NCBI RefSeq assembly: GCF_009914755.1
Contig: NC_060929.1
Origin: the human T2T-CHM13v2.0 reference genome, Homo sapiens
Length of the DNA: 64,000 nucleotides
Strand: one strand, 5' to 3'
How positions within the stretch are numbered: position 1 is the first letter of the stretch; each line of letters begins with the position of its first letter. The notes under the pieces are model-generated. The model was not told the origin of the DNA. It did not search any database and saw nothing but the letters and a program-made list of their open reading frames with translations. Both the position numbers and the translations under genes were made by a program. Of this stretch, positions 54,470 to 64,000 are shown piece by piece.

Positions 54470-56149
54470 ATCTGGAAGTGCTATAATGGTTTCAGACCAA
54501 GTTTGGATGAACTGAGCCTTATTAGGCAGGCTAATTTCCACAGTTGCCATTTTGAAGGGCTGAATTCTGCAGAAGTTGAACTAGAGGGGGTGACTGGGAC
54601 CCTGACCTATGTTGAGAAGAGGTTGCTGTCTCTTTATACCTCTTATTCTGTTTCCTTGGACAAGAAAAGTACCAATCTTTCCAGAGACTCTCTTAGATCA
54701 TTGGTGAGTAGAGTGCTATCTTTTTCAGTACTTCTGGAATAAGACAGAGGGAAGTATAATTTCTGTATGGTACCAAATTTACTTAGGGAAAAATGATTCC
54801 CATTCTAGTTTCAGTGATTTCAGGAGCTGAGAGCTAGGGTGACTTTGTGGACTCTTAGGCAATGGGAGGGGTGGGGAAGACCTTGCTTATACTAAGACTG
54901 GCTGCTAAAGCCAATAGGACAGAGCCTATGAGGACCTTCCCATGACAGCCCTAATAGTATGTTGGGACCAGGGATGTAGTTAACTGAAGAGGAACATTAT
55001 GTGAAATTTACCTGAAAAGCCCTACATTTACAAGTATGTCTCTACCTCTCCTCATCAGAATAGAACCTCAAAAGGGCTTTTTTCCAAGCTTTTCAATGTT
55101 TATTCTATCCTTAGGAAAAAGTTTTAAAAGGATCAGAGGGTCTCTTGGTAACAATGTCTTCAGTGTCAGTAACTGTCTTGCTTAAACAGTTCCTTTTTTT
55201 TTTGCAATTTAAGCTTTAGTGAAAATTAAAACAGTGGGTTACTTTGATCTTTAGAAAATTTCTTCATGTTTGTGAAGACCATTAATTGGCACTTAGTATT
55301 CTTGTCTTCAGGCTATCTAACCTGATGTTGCTTTATCATTCTATCTCCTGAAACATCTTGTGAGCTCTTAGAAGAGAGACCAGGGTGAGGTGCAATCTCT
55401 ACTGTCCCCTAATCAGAGTTTCTTCAAATCCAGGAAGAGGGGAAGATTTGTCTCCTTGGAGTACTCACTTAAACTGAGCCCTCATCCACAATTTAGTGCT
55501 TTTGCCTACTCTTGCCATTCCTGTCTGTTGTTGACTTTTATCATTTTTAGGTGAGCTTTTCCCTTCCCAGGTGTTTCTCTTTCTCTTACTTTCCTTCGTA
55601 AACCTACCAGTGCTCTGTCTTCCCTGTTAAACTTCAGCCCAGTGCCTTATTGTTTATTTGACCTACCTTGATCTGAAATATCCATGTGGCTTTGAAAGTC
55701 ATTTGGAGTTCTATGCCTGCCCTTGTCCAATGTACGCTGGTTACCTTTTAGAGTTTGTCTGTCCCCAGAGTTGATAAATAACATCTCCAGTGACTATGTA
55801 ACTTTAGCTCAGCATTTCTGATTAAACCATTTACTGTTTACCCCAACAGTCATTAAAACGTACAGTGCCTGGTAGTGTATTGCACAGTGCTGACCATGTG
55901 GAAAGCATAAGGAGTGCGAGAAGGTGATGCCATCTCCAATTATATTTTTTGAGTATCCTACTAAGCCTACTGAGTAGTAGTAACCATAGGTCTTTTAGGC
56001 TTTTTTCACATGAATTGGGGACACCTAGACTTGGCCTCCTCTATTGGAAAGCTGCAAGTGTATCATAGGCCATGCTGTGGAAACTTTGAACAGCTGGAAT
56101 CCTTTCACTTGCATTAATCACCATAAGTAATGATTAATCTGTGTGAGAC

Positions 56150-56355
56150 GATGGAAAAGCTCTGACTTAGGGAAACTCCACTCCTGTTCCCTCACTTACT
56201 GGGCATGTGACCTTGGACAAGTCATTAGCTTTTTATATCTCAGTTTTGTCATTCATCAAATAAGAACCACCATACTTGCCTTGTTTGCCGCAGAGAATTG
56301 TTAATTTGAGGGTCAAATAATGACTGCAGAAGCATTTGAAGAACTTTGGAAACGC
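56150..56355 (+). mobile_element. MIR (MIRc/MIR3-like)
   Basis: cacttact..gcatgtgaccttggacaagtca...tctcagtttt.tcattcatcaaa. Confidence 0.75.
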
Positions 56356-56773
56356 TTGTCAGGGTAAGATATTCTGCGTTGTTATTTAGTAAGTATTGTA
56401 GGATTCTAAAATCTGGGAAGGGGATTAATTTATATGCTTCTCTTATTTTAGAAACTCCACAACCCTTAATTGAGGAATTGTTGAAGTTTGTTTTCATTGT
56501 CCGGGATTAGAAAGGGCTTGCTGTATTTTTCTTCTAGTTATTGCTTCCCAGCCACGAGCTAAAATTTCAAATGCCACTGGCTAGCAGTTTTTGGAAGATT
56601 TTCAATTCCCTTTTCTTCAAATACAAGAATGTTCTGAATGACCCTATGTTCCTTTCTCTTCCCTTGATTACGGTCACTTCATCCAAGCAATTTTAGCCTT
56701 TCTTCAGATACTTGTTTGTAGTTCTGAGAGAAGAAAACACCGTCATTTAAAGAACTTCTTATCTAGCACTGTT

Positions 56774-56814
56774 GAAAAATTGAGGAGGTGATTGGAAAAA
56801 TTGAGGAGGTGATT
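56774..56814. repeat. 20-bp tandem duplication
   Basis: gaaaaattgaggaggtgatt at 56774 and 56795. Confidence 0.95.
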
Positions 56815-57559
56815 TTTAAGAGAGCCAGAGCAATGGAGGTTTTGGTGAAGGTGTCATCTGTACTTTGATAACCTCATTCCTGTTCTTCCGGAACATGAAG
56901 GTGTTCACTGGTGGTTCTGCTGATCACGCCTTTACAGGGGTGGCTACTCTTTCTCCAGAAATAGGTGTCCTGTGGGGCATTTTGAAGTAGAATGTTGATA
57001 GTTGCTTTCAATTTTAGACTGGTAAATAAGAATTGGGCATTTGAATTTCAATATACTCACTGTGTAACTGTTATTGAGTATGCTTTAAGTGACCTATAAT
57101 ACTGCTTCATTTAACTTTATTGTCCTAATAACTCTCTTAGAGTGACAATAACTTAGGTTAGCCACTTGCCTAGGGTTCTGAAACCAAGTAAATGGTGGAG
57201 CTGGAATTGCTGTTCTTGTCAGTCATTAGACTAGATCGGTTTTCTTCTTCCTACAAATTTTATATACTAAAAAATTTTGAAAAAAGACATTTTTCTTTGG
57301 GAAAAATAGGGAATGTCAGATCCCTTTGGAGATGGTTTATTAAGAATTCAGTATCTTTTCAGTACCTATTGGTTATGATAGCTTAATTTTAAATTACTAC
57401 TTTTTCAAGTGTCTTAACTCCCCTAGGGTTTTTGCCAACGCCAAAGAAATATCTCACATTAATGCCATTTTTTGATGTGCAAAGACTAAATTGAGTAAAA
57501 AACTTTTCAGAGTAGATGGATTACAGTAAATAAAACGGCTACATAAAAAATGAATTTGG

Positions 57560-57929
57560 TGTCTTAGTCCATTCAGGTTCCTATAACAGAATACTATAGA
57601 CTGGGTGACTTATAAACAACAGAAAATGTATTTTGCACAATTCTGGAACTTGGGAAGTTCAAGGTTAAGGTGCCAGCAGATTCATCGTCTCATTAGGGCC
57701 CATGTTCTGGTTCATGGATGGCTGACTTCTTGCTGTGTCTTCACTTGGTGGAAGGGCAGGCAAGGGACCTCCCTGAGATAGCTTTTATAAGGGCATTAAT
57801 CCTATTATGAAGGGATCCGCTTTCATGACCCAATCACCCCCTCCACAAAGCGCTGCCTCCTAATACTATCGCATTGGGGGTTAGGATTTCAATATGAATT
57901 TTGGCGGAACACAGACATTCAGTCTGTTG
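57560..57929 (-). mobile_element. MLT1A/MLT1A0 LTR
   Basis: tgtcttagtccattcagg...ttataaacaacagaaa...aaggtgccagcagattc...ttttataagggcattaatcc...acattcagtc. Confidence 0.9.
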
Positions 57930-58277
57930 TTCTTAGTAATGGCCATCTCTTCATTCTCTATGGTAATGATTGTGAGTGTCCTAGGCTAAGAGTTTATTAA
58001 GAATGTACAGTGAATGCTGCACAATTTTATTTTGATTCTCCCCAGGGCAAGAATTTTACATATGTAGGTGTAAAAATTACAGGAACCCAAGGACATATAT
58101 AAAATGTCTCTAGTGAAAGTCATCTTTTGTTTTTGTGTAGCTGCAAAAGATGCTACAGGTTACACTGCACTCTCAGGTATATTATATAAAGTATGCTTCT
58201 TGCGTTTTTGCACTCTCTCTCGCACTCTCACTCATGTGCTCTGTCTCTCGCTCGCTTGCTCTCTCTCGACCTCTTAG

Positions 58278-58292
58278 GTGTTCAATCGCATG
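58278..58292 (+). other. Candidate 15-nt microexon
   Basis: CT-rich tract...ctcttag|gtgttcaatcgcatg|gtaagag; no transcript evidence available. Confidence 0.3.
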
Positions 58293-58540
58293 GTAAGAGA
58301 AGCATCCCAAGAGTTATAAGAACATTTAACCTCAGTTCTAACTTCACTGGGCCTGAGACTTGAGCACGCTTATTCTTTTCGTTGCTTTTCTGTATCCCCT
58401 GTCTCCCTATATAAGCTCTTTTGTGCTCATATTTTGTTTTTTGTTCAAATTCACCTCTCTTTTGATGAGTCTCTCCTCTCTTGCTCTCTTTTTTTTTTTT
58501 TTACTTTATTGTAGGGCTGTCCTGAGTCACATAGGCTAGA

Positions 58541-58612
58541 CCTAGCTAGGGGAATAGCCCATGTTCATCTTCCATCCCTGCGAGATGAACCAGGGCTATT
58601 CCGCAAGCTGGG
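58541..58612. other. Imperfect ~30-bp stem-loop
   Basis: ggaatagcccatgttcatct / agatgaaccagggctattcc pair at 18/20; outer cctagct/agctggg also pairs. Confidence 0.75.
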
Positions 58613-58789
58613 CTTCCGTCCTTTGAATATTCGAGGCAATAGGTGTTCCACCATCAGAACACTTAAGCTAGTCTGTTACTTCTGCAGTGGACTCATTAAA
58701 TCATTTTGCTAGGGGTCCTAATATATAAAACAACCAACTTGTTTGCATATCATTCATCGCCTTTTGATTCCCTTACCGTTCTGCAATCA

Positions 58790-58878
58790 TCCCATTGTGA
58801 GGGCTCTGGTCGGGGCCTGCTTTCTAGCTTATTGCTGACTTTCTTGCTATGTCCTCACTTGGTGGAAGGGGCAAGGGA
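58790..58878 (-). mobile_element. Isolated MLT1A-like fragment
   Basis: gggcctgctttctagctt...ttcttgctatgtcctcacttggtggaaggggcaaggga. Confidence 0.7.
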
Positions 58879-59653
58879 GTATATACATACTCAAAGTATA
58901 TATATACTTCAAGGTATTCCAGTGTGCTTTGAAGTAGGTTGGTGGTAGCTGTCAGCCAGCTAAGAAGAAAAGAGAAGGAGTGTGCTTACACAGTCGTCTG
59001 TCCATTGAATAATGAAATCTATTGCTCATAAAAATATATTTCTCTGATTTTAAAGTTTGTATTTTTTTTTTTTTTTTGCTTCACTAACATGCTTCCAGGT
59101 GAACTGTAACAATGAATATCCACAATAGTACAAAGGTTACAAAATTTTACAAGATAGTTTTTAGGGATCAGCAGGTCTCTTGCTCTATTTAATATGTTAT
59201 TGGGACTGAAAATGTGAAAGTGTGAATTTAGCAGCCAATCCCCCGGGAACTAATGTTTCTTGTCATGCTTTGCCTTGCTTTCAACAAGTCATTAAAGATC
59301 AGTGTTGTAATCACATGAATTATAAATGTTTTACAAATATTGACTGTGTTTGATACAGTTTTACAGTTGTAAGGCATCTAAAAAAAATCTAAGAATAAAA
59401 TATTCCAAAAAGTGTGGAAGTTTTATAGGTACAACAAAAGCTGCAAAGTAAAGACTTTATTATTTATCTTTGTATTCTTTTCATAAGTTAAGCTCTTTTG
59501 GGAAAACCATGATTTGGAAATGAAATTGTTGAACTACCAAGTGTGTGTTTTGTTTTCACTTCACCACAAGAAAATGAAAGAAATGCATTTGCCACAATTC
59601 GCTAACAAGATGAGCAAGATGTGATTTTAGGAAGATTTGTTAAATGCCTGCTA

Positions 59654-59852
59654 TTACAAAACACAGTGCTAGATGCTATCAGATGTCTTAAGATTATAAA
59701 ACAAAGTGCTAGATGCTATCAAATGTCTTAAGATTATAAAATAAAGTGCTAGATGCTATCAAATCTCTTAAGATTATTAAATAGTGCTAGATGCTATCAA
59801 ATGTCTTAAGATTATTAAACAAAGAGCTAGACGCTATCAAATCTCTTAAGAT
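59654..59852. repeat. 40-bp minisatellite, 5 copies, within an antisense L2 tail (~59636-60120)
   Basis: agtgctagatgctatcaaatgtcttaagattataaaacaa units at 59665, 59705, 59745, 59783, 59823. Confidence 0.97.
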
Positions 59853-60197
59853 ATGGTCCTCGCTCTCCTAGAATTTTTAATCTAGATGGGGGTGCCTTTA
59901 GAGAGCAAAAAAACTGTAAGTGTACAAATGTGGAAAGAGAAACAAGCTAGCAAGTACTTTGGGAGGAGTAGGAAGTTCTTACCTAAAGTTGTAGTGATCA
60001 CACAAAAAAAGCTTTATACAAGGGGAGGGATTTGCTCCAACACTGAAGTATGGAAAAGGCTTAGGTAGCTAAGGATAGAATATTTTAGGCAAAGGGAATG
60101 GTACATGAACATACTTGAGGGGAAAACTCAAGCTAGATTTAAGTTGGCTAGACTGGAGGCTTACAGAGAAGATTAAGTTCAAATTCACGGTGGCTGA

Positions 60198-60379
60198 GAC
60201 TGGTTTTCAAGATGGACTAAGCATCAGAATCGTCAGGGAGCGCATTGAAAGAATAAGTTACATGGGACCCACCCTGGACATCTTGAATTTGAATTTCTTG
60301 GAATAGAGCCTGGAGCTTGGGTGTTTTTTCAAAAGCTCCCCAGCTGAGTCTGAGGTATGAGGCTGTCTGGGAACCATGA
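60198..60379. mobile_element. MER5-family MITE
   Basis: tggttttcaa...gcatcagaatc...aaaagctcccca...tgggaacca. Confidence 0.75.
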
Positions 60380-60488
60380 CATTGGCATGAGAAGCCAGTA
60401 AAAGTGTGCTGAAGGTCCACCCCTTTCAGTGGTTTCTGGCAGCCAACAGTCCCTCTCCCTTAGCTCATATAAGTCAGCTTGGAAGTAG

Positions 60489-61754
<1,266 letters not shown>

Positions 61755-62485
61755 ATACAACAATGAGATACCATCTCATGCTAGTCAGAATGGTGATTTT
61801 AAAAAGTGAAGAAACAACAGATGCTGGCAAGGCTGTGGAGAAATAGGAACACTTTTACATCGTTGGTAGGTATCTAAATTAGTTCAACCATTGTGGAAGA
61901 CAGTGTGGCAATTCTTCGAAGACCTAGAACCAGAAATATCATTTGACCCAGCAATCCCATTATTGGTTATATACCCAAAGGAATATAAATCATTCTATTA
62001 TAAAGATACATGCACACGTATGTTTATTGCAGTACTATTCACAATAGCAAAGACATGGAATCAACCCAAATGCCCATCAATGATAGACTGGATAAAGAAA
62101 ATGTGGTACATGTACACCATGGAATACTATGCAGCCATAAAAAGGAATGAGATCATGTTCTTTGCAGGGACATGGATAGAGGTGGAAGCCATTATCCTTG
62201 CAAACTAACACAGGAACAGAAAACCAAACACTGCATGTTCTCACTTATAAGTGGGAGCTGAACAATGAGAACACATGGGGATATGGAGGGGAAAAACACA
62301 CACTGGGGCCTGTTGGGGCGGAGGGTGGGAGGAGGGAGAGCATCAGGATAAATAGCTAAAGCATGCAGGGCTTAATACTTAGGTGATGGATTGATAGGTG
62401 CAGCAAATCACCATGGCACACATTTGCCTATGTAACAAACCTACATGTCTTCCACGTGTATCCCAGAACTTTAAAAAAAAAAAAA
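61755..62485 (+). mobile_element. L1PA10-like, non-inverted 3' segment with polyA
   Basis: ORF 61891-62208 WKTVWQF...FDPAIPLL...TWNQPKCPS...MEYYAAIK; 3'UTR gagcatcaggataaatagcta. Confidence 0.95.
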
Positions 62486-62764
62486 TCTGTACTCATTGAA
62501 GCACTTGTCTTTAGGCTTTAGCACCTCCTACGGGTTTTAGTATCAACCTCCTAGTCACACCCACTCATTCACTGATGTCATTCCTTCCTCCCTCACCTTT
62601 CACCCCTTTTCCTGAATACTTCTGTCATTCTCATAACTTGAGCATCAACATGATGGTCAAGTCAACATTCTGACCGCTCTGGTGCTCGGCTTCCTCAGTC
62701 CAACTATGTTTTCTTCCCCCAACTTCAGCTGCACACATGCATTCATGGTCATACTCTATGCTAG

Positions 62765-64000
62765 CAATTGGTTCTCAAAGTGTGGTGGGTCACCCACTAG
62801 ATCCTTTCAAGAATCTGCAAGATTAAAATTGTTTTTATAATAATACCGAGATATCATCTGCATTTTTTTTTTACTGCATTTACATTTGCACTGATTGGCA
62901 AAAGCAATGGTGAGTAAAATTGCTAGCACTCTAGTGTCCAACAACAGTACTAGTAGTTATTGCATCCTTCTGCCACTCACTTGCAGTAAATAATGGCACT
63001 TTCACTTAATATCCTGATGAAGCAGTAAAAAAAATTCTTAATTTTATTGTATCTTAACCCTTGAGAGTACTTTTAAAAAATATTCTGCGTGATGAAATGG
63101 GAAGTATGCATACAGCATTTCTGCACAATGAAATATGGTTGTCTCAAGGAGAAGCACTTGTGCGATCGGTGGACAGACTATGGTTATCAGATGTAGACAT
63201 TTGGCAGACACTTTCTTGAATGGAAAGAAGTCAACTTCTCACTTCAAGGAAAACAACTGTACTTGTTGCCAGTGATTTTAAGTCTTCAAGTGAAAATTAG
63301 GGTTTTGGAAAACTTATATCTGCTACCCTGAACTTGAGAGCTTCCCAATATTTAAAGACTTTTTTCATGTGTCTGTTTTTGGAACATCTGTATAACTTAA
63401 GGAACCAGTATTTTCCAAGTGACCGATGTACAATGTTTCAAAATTATGCATGGATAAAAGATCCATTCAAAATGCAAGATAGACTAATACATTAATGATA
63501 ACCATATCAGAAAGTTCATTGATATGGTTTGAAATTTTAATTACAAATAACCTTTAAGAAACTAGTACTTGTTGAGTTTTAGGGTAGTGTTGAAGAATTT
63601 CCACAATTATCTGAAAGTCTGTTACAATAGTCCTTACTTTTTGCAACCACATGTGTCTGTGCAAGGGCAAATTTTCTTCAGGCAATTGAACCAAAATAAG
63701 ATACCACAATAGATTGAGTGCAGAAGCAGATATGAGAATGCAGCTGTCTTTTAAGCTGGACACCCAAGAGATTTGCAAAAAGGTAAAAACAATGGCACTC
63801 TTTCACCATTATGCTAACATGTAATAGATTTATTTTTAAATGAATTATTATTTTTTATTTTCTTCTCTGGTGCTTGAATCAGGGCGAACTAATGTTTTTT
63901 AAATGTCTGCTTTAATTTCTAATATGGTAAATATCAACAGATATAATCACAAGGATTTATCATAGATATGACACCTAATAACATTTATGAGTACAAAGGG
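62765..64000 (+). mobile_element. Charlie1a-like hAT transposon, running off the window end
   Basis: ca.tggttctcaaagtgtggt TIR; decayed transposase DEAVK...ILRDEMGSMH...WLSQGEALVR. Confidence 0.88.

Noticed and set aside
59654-59852. CRISPR-like periodic array
   Set aside because: Head-to-tail units without unique spacers in primate DNA; a minisatellite
61891-62208. 105-aa ORF
   Set aside because: C-terminus of L1 ORF2p in a truncated, inverted, Alu-interrupted element
62304-62336. G-quadruplex motif
   Set aside because: Standard G-rich tract of the L1PA 3'UTR

Overview
Primate (very probably human) non-coding genomic DNA. It reads as part of one long intron of a gene transcribed on the + strand: T>A/G>C skew by eye, all seven near-complete MaLR LTRs and most Alus antisense, many + strand polypyrimidine/AG signals. 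No credible protein-coding exon or RNA gene was found and I cannot name the host gene. The ORF track is explained by Alu, L1, simple repeats or chance. Much of the window is interspersed repeat: about 17 Alu pieces, L1 (MC4, MA8/9, ME, PA10 with a twin-priming inversion, PA16/PB-like), L2, L3/CR1, MIR, MaLR LTRs, a MER52 fragment and DNA transposons. Subfamily names come from remembered consensus features, not from a RepeatMasker run, and boundaries of old repeats are approximate. The best leads are a CpG-retaining block at 58.2-58.65 kb (candidate 15-nt microexon, then a strong acceptor and a ~72-nt hairpin), candidate recursive splice sites (55550, 36518, 59098), a donor directly followed by (TG)24, a palindromic double-octamer, an AP-1/ARE cluster and several mechanistically legible rearrangements.
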